DNA of 64,000 nucleotides from Planctomycetota bacterium (GTDB lineage Bacteria; Planctomycetota; PLA2; JAEUHO01): positions 78,846 through 142,845 of the forward strand of contig JAJDEN010000020.1 in NCBI GenBank assembly GCA_029259775.1, written 5' to 3'. The notes under the pieces are model-generated. The model ran no database searches, had not been told where the DNA came from, and saw only the letters and a list, made by a program, of their open reading frames with translations. Each line of letters opens with the position of its first letter. Position 1 is the stretch's first letter. Of the stretch, positions 9,799 to 19,600 are shown in pieces. The position numbers and the translations under genes are program-made.

Positions 9799-10278
9799 AT
9801 GCAAGCGGATGAGCCAGCGGCGAAGAAGAAGGCCGCCAGGAAGTCGGCACCGGTCGCAGCGAACGATGCCGCCAAGCCGAAGCTGCTCTCAGGCGGAAAC
9901 CCTCAAGTCGCGAAGGCCGACGGCGACGCCCCCGTGCAGATCTACATCGCAGCCATGCCGGGCTGGAAACGCGACGTCGGACGTGGCCTCGATGCGCTCA
10001 TCGCGCGCACCGTTCCCAACGTCCGCAAGGCCGTGCGATGGAACACGCCCTTCTATGGCATCGAGGGGCAGGGCTGGTTCCTCGCCTACCACTGCTTCAC
10101 GAAGTACCTCAAGGTGACCTTCTTCCAGGGTACGTCCCTGCGCCCCGTCCCGCCCGTCGCGTCCAAGCAAGAGAACGTGCGCTACCTGCACATCCACGAG
10201 GACGACGAGTTCGACGAGGAACTCGTGACGTGCTGGATTCAACAGGCCTCCGAGCTACCCGGCGAACGGTGCTTCTAG
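9799..10278 (+). CDS. DUF1801 domain protein
   Basis: LLSGGNPQVAKADGDAPVQIYIAAMPGWK...KAVRWNTPFYG...YHCFTKYLKVTFFQG; RBS GGAGG. Confidence 0.85.
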   Translation: MQADEPAAKKKAARKSAPVAANDAAKPKLLSGGNPQVAKADGDAPVQIYIAAMPGWKRDVGRGLDALIARTVPNVRKAVRWNTPFYGIEGQGWFLAYHCFTKYLKVTFFQGTSLRPVPPVASKQENVRYLHIHEDDEFDEELVTCWIQQASELPGERCF

Positions 10279-10293
10279 TCGCGGCCACGGAGG

Positions 10294-10986
10294 TCAACCG
10301 GGCTCGCCGAGGGCCGCCCGAAGCAAGGCGAGAAACAGTGGATGCGGCGCACCAGGGCTCGTGGAGAGCTGCGGCTGGTAGAGCGTTCCCACGAAGAACG
10401 GGTGATCTGGACGCTCCACCGCGCGGACGTCTCCGGTGTCGTCTACGGCGGCGATCCTCATCCCGCCCGCCGAAGCGAGTTCGTGAAGGTCCGGCCGTAG
10501 CCCGTAGTCGCATGTGGTCCTCTCGGTCGAGGTCAGGACTCCATGGGCACGCTGGAGCGACGATCCCGGCGTGAGCAAGACTTCGATCTCTCGATCTCGA
10601 AGCGAGCACGCCAGCTTCGTGATCACGGCGTCGCCGCCCTCGCCGTACTCCGCGTGTGACGCATCAGCGTTGCCCAGGATGTTTCGAGCGTGCTCGACCA
10701 GCACATGCTGAAACCCCGCTCAGGTACCAAGGAGAGGCAGGCCACGCTCCCGCGCATGCCGTATGACCGCGTACGCAGCTCCCTCGACGTCATAGGGACT
10801 CCCCGGACCGACGATGACGCCAGACCCCAGACGCCGGGCGTCACCGTCCCACGCGGGCGTGCGGACGACCCTGGGCACGACGGGGATCGACAGCTCCGCG
10901 CCAGCGTGCTCCAAGGCGCGGCATGTGGCCCGATGAAAGTCGTGGTCTGGGCGGAGGTCCATCAGCACCGAGACTTCGATCGTCAT
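10294..10986 (-). CDS. stand-alone CTP-synthase C-terminal-like class I glutamine amidotransferase, probable selenoprotein (TGA at 10722-10720)
   Basis: ORFs 10720..10986 and 10294..10704 are in frame; read-through gives GPGSPY...LPLLGT-U-AGFQHVLVEHARN...HPFFVGTLYQPQ; TGA sits at the nucleophile Cys of the GxCxGxQ elbow. Confidence 0.85.
10687..10709 (-). promoter_or_regulatory. bacterial SECIS-like hairpin
   Basis: AGC[AT bulge]GTGCT-GGTCG-AGCAC-GCT; loop begins 21 nt after the TGA. Confidence 0.7.
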
Positions 10987-11113
10987 CGTGGAATGCTACT
11001 CGACGTCCAGCCGCCAACGAGGGCGACATCGTGCCCGCACGGCGCCAACCCATCGACGCGCAAAACGCAGCCGCGCTCCTCGTTCGGCCGCGGAGACGCC
11101 CTGTCCGAATCAC

Positions 11114-11171
11114 TGCGGCGATCCGTGCGGCGATCCGTGCGGCGATCCGTGCGGCGGCCGTGCGGCGGCCG
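11114..11171. repeat. tandem repeat TGCGGCGATCCG x3 then TGCGGCGGCCG x2
   Basis: Read directly; intergenic between divergent GATase and S41 genes. Confidence 0.9.
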
Positions 11172-11502
11172 TGCGCTCCGGCCACCGCCAAGGTGCGACG
11201 ACGATTCCAACCTCCCCATCCTGGGAAGACGCCTCTCAGGTTTCCCGTACGGAGGGCCTCGCCCATCCGGCGCCTCATGGCTCGGTGATGCGCAAGGGCG
11301 GTGCGCTCGCTGGCGCACGCGGGCTGCAAGGACATCGCGTCGGGCTCCGACGTGGTGCGTCGCGGCCAACCCTCAGCCAACAGACCCGCTGCGGGTCCCC
11401 CTTCCACCTCAACTCGCTGCACGTCGGACGTGAATCCACCCGTGCGGCAATCGTGCCGAACGGAGGGGCGCAGTCCGCGCTGCTGTATCGTCGTTCGACA
11501 TC

Positions 11503-12480
11503 ATGCAGATTCCGGATCTTGTCGCCTGCTTCTTGGACCTCATCGATGCGAACTACGTCTTCCGAGAGAAGGCGGCCGCGATTCGGAATCGGATCGAGGA
11601 GCAGCTCGCAGCAGGGGCGTATGCGTCTCTCGGGCATCCCGCGTTCGCGGAGTCCATGACGGCCGACCTGCGAGCGTGCGCAGACGACCTCCACTTCAAG
11701 GTCATCCACAAGGAAGAACCGCAGCCGCTGCAGGAGACGGCGACAGAGGAAACGCCGGAAGACGTCGCGGAGTTCCGCAGGATCGCCCGATTCAACAACT
11801 ACGGCTGCTGCGAGGTGAAGCGGCTGCACGGCAACGTTGGATACTGGAAGATCGATGAGTTCTATGACCTCATCGACGGCAGTGGTCCCACGTTCGTTGC
11901 CTCGATGAGCATGCTGGCCAACACGGACGCGATCCTCGTTGATGTACGGGACAACTCGGGCGGAGACCCCGCCGCCGTTGCCCTCGCCTGTTCGTTCTTC
12001 TTCGATGTCGAGCCCGTTCTCCTGAACACGCTCGAGGGCAGGAAGCCCGACGCGGCACGCCAGTGGTGGACCCTGGCCCATCTCGAATGCGAGCGCTACC
12101 TGGACAAGGAAGTCTACGTGCTGATCAACAAGGGGACCGCCTCGGCTGCAGAAGAGTTCGCCTATGACCTGCAGGCTCTGGGCCGGGCCACGCTGGTCGG
12201 ACAATGCACCGCTGGTGCCGCCCACATTCGGGAGCAGTATCAAGTGGACGAGCACTTCTTCATAAACATCCCCATCCAGCGCGCCGTGAATCCGACGACG
12301 AGGACCAACTGGGAGGGCCACGGCGTCGCCCCCGACGTGGAGGCCGCGCCGGCGTCAGCGCTCGCTCTCGCGTACGGCATGGCCCTGCGCACGCTCTCCA
12401 AGAAGAGCGGATCGGCCAACGCGGAGCAGGATGAGATCCGACAGGCATTGGAGCAACTGTCCGAGGATGCCGAGAGCTAG
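11503..12480 (+). CDS. S41 family peptidase (IRBP-like)
   Basis: GNVGYWKIDEF, ILVDVRDNSGGDP, VYVLINKGTASAAEEFAYDLQ, NWEGHGVAPDV. Confidence 0.92.
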   Translation: MQIPDLVACFLDLIDANYVFREKAAAIRNRIEEQLAAGAYASLGHPAFAESMTADLRACADDLHFKVIHKEEPQPLQETATEETPEDVAEFRRIARFNNYGCCEVKRLHGNVGYWKIDEFYDLIDGSGPTFVASMSMLANTDAILVDVRDNSGGDPAAVALACSFFFDVEPVLLNTLEGRKPDAARQWWTLAHLECERYLDKEVYVLINKGTASAAEEFAYDLQALGRATLVGQCTAGAAHIREQYQVDEHFFINIPIQRAVNPTTRTNWEGHGVAPDVEAAPASALALAYGMALRTLSKKSGSANAEQDEIRQALEQLSEDAES

Positions 12481-12679
12481 CCAAGCTGCCTGAGGGCTCC
12501 CGCCGCACTTCGCACCACGTAGCCGCGACGAGCCTAGGCGCGCGGGCGGTCCGAAGCAGGGCCGGTATTCGCTTGCAAGGCACGCGCTGACCCGCGCCTG
12601 ACCCTGGGCGCCGTCTGTCGAGTGGATCTGCGCCCGCCCATCCGCACCACCGACACCGACGCTCCGGCCTGTCTGCTCG

Positions 12680-13747
12680 TCAAGCTCGGCGACGGCGCGC
12701 AGCGAACAACGAGGCGATGAGACCAACGGCGGTGAGTGGAAGTGCGAACCCGAACAACGCGACGCCGAAGGCATCTCGTAGGGCGTGCCCACTCGCGGCC
12801 AAGACGAGCCATGCGGCGTACGCGGCGTAGTAGGCCAGCAGAACGGCGCCTTCCCAGCGCGTCACGCGATGCCCGGTCATGAACACAGGCAAGCAGGCGA
12901 TCGTGGCCCCAACCAGGACGGGGAAATCGAAACGCAACGCAGCCTCAGGCACCGCGATGCCTCCCTGTGCGACGGCCGTGACGCCGAGCACGCCGAGCAA
13001 GTTGAACAAGTTGGATCCAATGACGTTGCCCACCGCGATGTCGCGCTCGCCCTTGAAGGCGGCAATGACCGACGTCGCGACCTCGGGCAGGGAGGTCCCG
13101 GGCGCCACGATGAGGAGGCCGATGGTCAGCTCGCTCACTCCGAGAGAACGTGCCACTTGCGAAGCACCGGTAACGAACCAGCTCGAACCCAGCACCAGAA
13201 GCCCCAGCGCGGCGAGCGCTACGACGACGTCGAGCCCCCAACGGCGCGTCCTCGTTCCGAACTCGCGGGCATACTCGGTGGCGACCAACTTCGCCTCCCT
13301 CCGACCGCCTCGGATGGCAAGGACCGTGTAGGCGACGAGACCAAGCAGGAGTCCCGCGCCCGCACCAACGCCGATTCGTCCGCTTGCGGAGAGAGCCCAC
13401 GTCACGCCGCTGACGAGGATGAGCAGCGGCACTTCCCTGCGGACGAAGCGTTGGTGGACCAGCAAGGGCGTGATGGTCGCGGAGAGCCCGAGGATGAACA
13501 GCACGTTGAAGATGTTCGATCCGACGACATTGCCGACCGTCAGGCCGGCCAGGCCCGCGTCAGCAGACTGGAAGCTGACCGCCAACTCCGGGGCACTGGT
13601 CCCGAAGGCCACGACGGTCAGCCCGATGACCAGCGGTGAGACGCCGAGCGCGACGGCAAGCCTGCTTGTGCTGCGTACGAGCAAGTGCCCACCTGCTACG
13701 AGCAGGATCAAGCCAGCCGCGACGCGCCCGAGGGTGATGGGGTCCAT
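12680..13747 (-). CDS. calcium/sodium antiporter (YrbG/CaCA family)
   Basis: Two alpha repeats GTSAPEL...GNVVGSNIFN and GTSLPEV...GNVIGSNLFN. Confidence 0.95.
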   Translation of the reverse strand: MDPITLGRVAAGLILLVAGGHLLVRSTSRLAVALGVSPLVIGLTVVAFGTSAPELAVSFQSADAGLAGLTVGNVVGSNIFNVLFILGLSATITPLLVHQRFVRREVPLLILVSGVTWALSASGRIGVGAGAGLLLGLVAYTVLAIRGGRREAKLVATEYAREFGTRTRRWGLDVVVALAALGLLVLGSSWFVTGASQVARSLGVSELTIGLLIVAPGTSLPEVATSVIAAFKGERDIAVGNVIGSNLFNLLGVLGVTAVAQGGIAVPEAALRFDFPVLVGATIACLPVFMTGHRVTRWEGAVLLAYYAAYAAWLVLAASGHALRDAFGVALFGFALPLTAVGLIASLFAARRRRA

Positions 13748-14020
13748 GCGCGAGAGCATAGGCGCAGAGCGGCGGCAAGGCTGGACTCAGACCGCCAGCG
13801 GAACCGCCCACAACGCGCGTCGCTGGCACGGGCGGTCTCCGCTCGCCCCGACCACCCGTACCGGCGACCCAGAGGTCGAGCCTGGTTGCTCACCCTGGGT
13901 CGCTGGTTCTCTTTTTGGATCGGTCGCGCCAGCACCGGCTCTTGGCAGGAGTTGTAGGTCGTGGGTACCTAGCGGCCCCTCGCCCAAGCGTGAGCCGCTC
14001 TCTCTGGGTATGCTGCGGCT

Positions 14021-14209
14021 ATGGAAACGCTCAAGATCGTCCTGGTCATCGGTCTTGGAGCGAGCGCGGTGGCGATCGGTCTGGCCTACCTCATGTCCAT
14101 CTTCCATGGCAGCACCGTGTCGGGCGACGAGATCTTCCGGTACGTCGTCATCAGCTTCGTCGTCACGGCCACTGCGCTGGTGACGGTACGGCGCCGCCTC
14201 AAGAACTGA
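14021..14209 (+). CDS. small two-TM membrane protein
   Basis: 62 aa, two hydrophobic helices, basic C-terminus. Confidence 0.5.
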   Translation: METLKIVLVIGLGASAVAIGLAYLMSIFHGSTVSGDEIFRYVVISFVVTATALVTVRRRLKN

Positions 14210-14263
14210 GTGCTACACGGCGAGTTGCACCTCCCGCAGCGCGCGTCTGGCAGGGAGCCGAAG

Positions 14264-14713
14264 GTGATCAACCCCGACTTCAACGATCTACTGCTCGCTT
14301 TCAACGCCGCTGAGGTGCGCTACTTGGTGGTTGGCGCGTACGCGGTGACGTTCCACGCACAGCCTCGCTTCACCAAGGACCTCGACCTATGGGTAGAGGC
14401 ATCGCCCGAGAACGCGGCCAAGGTGCACTCGGCGCTAACGGCGTTCGGCGCGCCCCTCGCGGACGTCACACCGGGTGAGTTGGCGAACGAGGACATGGTC
14501 TACCAGATCGGCGTTGCGCCGAACCGCATCAACAACCTCATGGGTGTGTCCGGTCTTGGGTTCAGCGAAGCGTGGCCGCAGCGCGTGGAATCCACCTACG
14601 GGGAGTGTCCGATCCACGTGATCTCGCGGCAGGACCTGATCCGCAACAAACGCGCCGCAGGTCGCCCGCAGGATCTTATTGATCTTCGCGCGCTGGGCGA
14701 AGACGTCGGGTAG
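14264..14713 (+). CDS. minimal nucleotidyltransferase-family protein (DUF6036-like)
   Basis: GTG at 14264 after AGGGAG; YLVVGAYAV..H.PRFTKDLDLW; LIRNKRAAGRPQDLIDL. Confidence 0.85.
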   Translation: MINPDFNDLLLAFNAAEVRYLVVGAYAVTFHAQPRFTKDLDLWVEASPENAAKVHSALTAFGAPLADVTPGELANEDMVYQIGVAPNRINNLMGVSGLGFSEAWPQRVESTYGECPIHVISRQDLIRNKRAAGRPQDLIDLRALGEDVG

Positions 14714-14773
14714 TCAGGCCCACTCCTCGACGTCGAGCACGCGCCACGATGACCGGGTGACGCTCTCGAAGCC
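14714..14773 (-). mobile_element. att-like site 1: displaced copy of glycosylase 3' end (WRVLDVEEWA*) plus adjoining arm motif
   Basis: 30/34 nt identical to 16220-16253; shares core ACGCGCCAC with 20303-20311. Confidence 0.65.
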
Positions 14774-14809
14774 CAGAACGTAGCGCAGCAGCACGCTCCG
14801 CGCGCTCAC

Positions 14810-14846
14810 TGCACCCCCTTGCACCCCCGCGCCAAGGGGGTGCATC
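14810..14846. repeat. direct and inverted TGCACCCCC motifs (arm-site-like)
   Basis: TGCACCCCC at 14810 and 14820; TGCACCCCCTTG and CAAGGGGGTGCA form a perfect 12-bp inverted repeat. Confidence 0.75.
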
Positions 14847-15046
14847 TCATGTGCGAAGAACTTGGGGCTGTGGCGCGATGTACCTCGGCGCGGCTACGCG
14901 ATGCGCGTGACGTGCCGAAGGTATCGCTTGAATATTCAGGATGCGGATTCGTCTCGCATCACAGCATTCGCAAGCGCCTGCGGCGGTACTCGCCGTCCGG
15001 CCCCCGCTCGATCATGTAGCCTCCCTCCGCAAGAGAGGCTCACGCC

Positions 15047-16009
15047 ATGATCGACACACCTCGCATCTCCCTGCTCGCTTCCGTCGTGCTCGCCGCTGGT
15101 CTCGTGGTCGGCTGTGTGTGTCCCAGCAAGCGCCCCCCGGCACGCCGCGCCACGTGCCCTATCGCGGACCCCATCCACGAAAAGAGCCCCGCGACCGTGT
15201 CGCTCGCGGGCGTCGTCCGCGACGAGCACGGCGAGCCCATTCCGGCCGCTCGGATCGACGTGGAGGGCCGCCCCGAGACCCTCAAGAGCCCTCCTCCGTG
15301 GTGGACCGACGTGCACGGGCGATTCGAGATCGACGACATTCCCCCGGGCCTCGTGAAGCTGCTCGTAGCTGCCGCCAAGGGCGCGGAGAACAAGGTCGTG
15401 GAGACCCGGACGGGCGTGCGCGACCTCGTGATCGTGCTGGACCCGGGTCCGCAGATGTTCCTGCGTCTCGTCGGCTACGTGCCCGGCGAGCAGGAGCGAT
15501 CGGCGCGTGTGACGTGGATGGAGCCCGATGGCTCACGCAGGGTCCGCTACGCGCCGATCCGCGCCGACGGCTGGGTGCGCTTCGTCGCCTTGCATCCGGA
15601 CCGGGAGTTCGAATTGTGGGCCGAAACCGAGTCCAAGCGGCGGCACGTTCGGGCCCGGGGTCTGAAGCCTGGGCGAAACGAGCAGCGCATCGAGCAACAC
15701 GAAGTCATGGACATCGCCGGGAAGGTACGTGCGTCGAAAGCCTTCATGGAATCGCGGGTCGAGGAAGTCCCAGGGCCGCTTCGTGATCGACTCACCGTGC
15801 ATGTCTCCGCGCAGGCACCTCGGGGCGCGCCGCATTTCGAATTCCGTGTCGCGCGAACGCGGCTGGAACGCGACGGATCCTTCCGCGTTCGTGGCCTTCC
15901 TCCAGGCACGTATGAGGTCGAGGTGGGCACGGGCATGGGCGAGGTCTTCTTGGTCTCCAAGATCGTCGAGGCAGGGACGACGGACGCGATCATCAGTCTC
16001 GATCGGTAG
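15047..16009 (+). CDS. lipoprotein with carboxypeptidase-regulatory-like (transthyretin-like beta-sandwich) domains
   Basis: Lipobox-like LVVGC; LAGVVRDEHGEPIPAARI..TDVHGRFEIDDIPPG; DGSFRVRGLPPGTYEV. Confidence 0.75.
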   Translation: MIDTPRISLLASVVLAAGLVVGCVCPSKRPPARRATCPIADPIHEKSPATVSLAGVVRDEHGEPIPAARIDVEGRPETLKSPPPWWTDVHGRFEIDDIPPGLVKLLVAAAKGAENKVVETRTGVRDLVIVLDPGPQMFLRLVGYVPGEQERSARVTWMEPDGSRRVRYAPIRADGWVRFVALHPDREFELWAETESKRRHVRARGLKPGRNEQRIEQHEVMDIAGKVRASKAFMESRVEEVPGPLRDRLTVHVSAQAPRGAPHFEFRVARTRLERDGSFRVRGLPPGTYEVEVGTGMGEVFLVSKIVEAGTTDAIISLDR

Positions 16010-16219
16010 CGCGCGGCCCATGGCGGCCCGTTCTGCCCCCTTCGCACATCCGCGGCTGGGACGGGCCTGGATCGAGTGCGCGTTCTGACCCTTTCCAACG
16101 CCCGTGCTGGTGCTGGTGCTGGTACAGAGAGACCTCACGCCAAGGTGCCCGCATGCTGGCTGCATTGGCTCCATCTCCGTACGAGTAGTCTCGGCTCGCT
16201 GACTCGAACGAGCGAAGCG

Positions 16220-16278
16220 TCAGCGCCAATCCTCGACGTCGAGAACGCGCCACAGATACGAGCGCGCTCTCCGAAGCC
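16220..16278 (-). mobile_element. att-like site 2: displaced copy of glycosylase 3' end (YLWRVLDVEDWR*) plus adjoining arm motif
   Basis: Matches the glycosylase C-terminus YMWRVHDVGEWTP* and site 1; CGCTCTC(C)GAAGCC follows in both copies. Confidence 0.65.
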
Positions 16279-16453
16279 GAATTCAATGCGCCCTGGAGAG
16301 TGAACCGGGCCGTTACTCCCCCACCTAGTCCCGGGGGAGCGGGAGTTGCGGGGGTGTATCGCAGGAGGCGGCGCGTGCTGCGCTTGGCGGGTCCGACGAC
16401 GCACCGCTCGCGGGCATCCGTGCTCCCCCTCGCCATGCTGTCCGGGAGCAGGT

Positions 16454-16472
16454 GTTGCCCAACGTTGTCGCC
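16454..16472 (+). repeat. left copy of perfect 19-bp inverted repeat flanking the TPR-CHAT gene
   Basis: GTTGCCCAACGTTGTCGCC is the reverse complement of 20257-20275. Confidence 0.9.
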
Positions 16473-16607
16473 CACGCACGCGCTCCGTTGGGGCGGATAC
16501 GGGAGGCGATGTCCTTGCAGCAGCGCCCGGCACAACTTGTCCGTTTGCCTTCTCAGCGCCGTCCGCGTGAAATGCGTTCGGCGATTCCCCGCCTGCTTGA
16601 TGGGTCG

Positions 16608-19600
16608 ATGCGCGTATCGGTGATAGCCCTCGTCTGCTTGCTGTTGCTCCTGGGCCCCGCTGCGGCTGAAGACGAGAAGAAGGAGGAGCCCAAAAAGCCC
16701 GCCCCGGAGATGACCGAGGCCGAGCGCGAGGCGGCGTTGAAGAAGGCGAAGCGACTGAACCAGCGGCTCGTCAGTCTGCACGGGGAAGCCAAGTACGCGC
16801 AGGCCCTGCCGGTGGCGCGCGAGGCTCTCAAGATCCGGGAGAACGCGCTCGGGCCTGAGCACCCCGACGTGGCCTTGTCCCTCTACAACCTGGCCTCGCT
16901 GCTCGATAACCTCCGGCACTACGAAGAGGCGAGGCCGCTCTACGAGCGCGCGCTCAAGATCCGGGAGAAGGCGCTCGGGGCCGAGCACCCCGACGTGGCC
17001 TTGACCCTCAACAACCTGGCCTCGGTGCTCGTTACCCTCAGGCAGTACAAGGAGGCGAGGCCGCTCTTTGAGCGCGCGCTCAAGATCCGGGAGAAGGCGC
17101 TTGGGCTCGAGCATCCCAGGGTGGCCTTGTCCCTCCACAACCTGGCCTCGATGCTCGTTACCCTGCGGCAGTACGAAGAAGCGAGGCCGCTCTATGAGCG
17201 TGCGCTCAAGATCCGGGAGAATGCCTTCGGGCCCGGGCACCCCGACGTGGCCCCGTCCCTCAACAACCTAGCCTCGCTGCTCCTTGACCTCAGGCAGTAC
17301 GAGGAGGCGAGGCCGCTCTTTGAGCGCGCGCTCAAGATCTGGGAGAAGGCGCTTGGGCTCGAGCATCCCAGGGTGGCCTTGTCCCTCAGCAACCTGGCAT
17401 TGCTGCTCCAAAACCTGCGGCAGTTCGAAGAGGCGAGGCCGCTCCATGAGCGCGCGCTCAAGATCCGGGAGAAGGCCTTCGGGCCCGAGCACCCCGACGT
17501 GGCCTCGTCCCTCCACAACCTCGCCTCGCTGCTCAAGACCCTTGGGCAGTACGAAGAGGCGAGGCTCCACTACGAGCGCGCGATCAAGATCCGGGAGAAG
17601 GCGCTCGGGGCCGAGCACCCCAACGTGGCCTCCTCCCTTCACAGTCTGGCCTCGCTGCTCCAGACCCTCGGGCAGTACGAAGAGGCGAGGCTCCTCTACG
17701 AGCGCGCGCTCAAGATCCGGGAGAATGCCTTCGGGCCCGGGCACCCCGACGTGGCCCCGTCCCTCCACAACCTAGCCTCGCTGCTCCTTGACCTCGGGCA
17801 GTACGAAGAGGCGAGCCCGCTCTGCGAGCGCGCGCTCGAGATCTGGGAGAAGGCGCTCGGGCCGGAGCACCCCTACGTGGCCTCGTCCCTCAACAATCTG
17901 GCCTCGGTGCTCCAGGCCCTCGGTCAGTACGAAGAGGCGAGTCTCCACTTAGATAGCGCTCTCAACATCCTGGCGAAGGCGATCGGGCCCGATCACCCCA
18001 CGGTGGCCTCGTCCCTAAACACCCTGGCCTCGCTGCTCAATACCCTCGGGCAGTACCAAGAGGCGAGGCTCCTCTACGAGCGCGCACTCAAGATCCTGGA
18101 GAAGACGCTCGGGCCTGAGCGCCCCAGGTTGGCCTTGTCCCTCAACAACCTGGCCTCGCTGCTCGCTACGCTCAGGCAGTACAAGGAGGCGAGGCCGCTC
18201 TTTGAGCGCGCGCTCAAGATCTGGGAGAAGGCGCTTGGGCTCGAGCATCCCAGGGTGGCCTTGTCCCTCAACAACCTGGCCTGGCTGCTCGGGGACCTCG
18301 GGCGATACGAAGAGGCGAGGCCGCTCTACGAGCGCGCGCTCAAGATCCGAGAGAAGGCGCTCGGGCCCGAGCACCCCGACGTGGCCTCGTCCCTCAACAA
18401 CCTGGCCTCGCTGCTCGGTACCCTCGGGCAGTACAAGGAGGCGAGGCCGCTCTTTGAGCGCGCGCTCGAGATCCGGGAGGAGGCGCTCGGGCCCGAACAC
18501 CCCAAGGTGGCCTGGTCCCTCAACAACCTGGCCTTGCTGCTCGGTAGGCTCGGGCAGTACGAACGAGCGGTGCCCTTGCTGGCGAGGTGTCTCAGAGCAA
18601 CTGAAGGGCGCGTGCGACGTGGCCTCTCCGGACTCCAGACCTCCGAGCGGCTTGGCCTGTTGCATTCCCTGCGTCGCTACTTGGCGACATGGCACCGGGT
18701 TGCGCCACACGTCAGGCGTTCAGGTCTTGCCGAGACCCTGCGTTTCAAGGGGATCCTGTCCCGCGCCATGGTGGCGGAGCGCCGTCTGGCCCGAGGTGCC
18801 AACGCCGAGGTGCTCGCACGCATCGCCGCTCTGCGCGCCGCCGAACGCCAACTCGCCAAGATCGCCAGCTCGCCGCCTTCGTTCCGCGACAAGAAGAAGA
18901 AGGCGAAATGGCAAGAGGCGTACGCGAATGCAGCGACTGAGCGCGAGGAACTCGCCGTTGCATTGGCGAGGGACTTCGCCCCTCTTCGCCAAGGGCTCGA
19001 ACGACTCGACCTCAAGTTGCCGGACATCCAAGCAGCGATCGCCCAGGACGCTGTCCTCGTGGACTACCTACGCTCCGGCGACCAGTACATCGCCTGGGTC
19101 GTGCCGCAGAACGGCGACGTGAAGCGCGTGGACCTGGGCAAGGCGGAGAAGATCGAAGCCGCTTCGGCCGCGTTCGCCGAACAGGCGGCGGATTCCGACG
19201 ACCCCGCTTGGGGCACGGCGGCGAAGGCACTCCGCGACCTGATCTTCAAGCCCATCGAAGCGCACATCGGAAAGAGTGTGACGACACTCAACATCTGTCC
19301 CGACGCCGCGCTTGCCGCCGTCCCCTTTGGGGCGCTGCCTTCGTCAGATGGCAGGACACCCCTTGGTGTTCGGTACACGATCTCCACCCTCTCGATGGCT
19401 CAGGATCTGGTCCCGTGGGAGGGTGCTCCCAAGCCTGGCACCGGAGCACTTCTTCTCGGCGGCGTGGACTACGGCAAGGCGACTGCACCCGAGAAGAACG
19501 GACAACCCCGCGTCTTCGTGGACCGTGCTCCTCGCGGCGGCAAGTACCTTTACCTAGCCGGAACGAAGGCGGAGGTCACGGCCATCAAGCCCGGGCTGGG

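Noticed and set aside
10996-11016. Minus-strand WRLDVE* resembling a fourth glycosylase-end copy
   Set aside because: It lacks the ACGCGCCAC core, one codon and the arm motifs; likely chance.
14021-14713. Possible third TGA read-through joining the small membrane ORF to the nucleotidyltransferase
   Set aside because: The frames match, but there is no Cys-motif context or GGUC hairpin, and the downstream gene has its own RBS and GTG at 14264.
16830-18590. CRISPR array or DGR template/variable repeats
   Set aside because: The units are in-frame coding TPRs without unique spacers; no reverse transcriptase or cas gene; differences are not adenine-specific.
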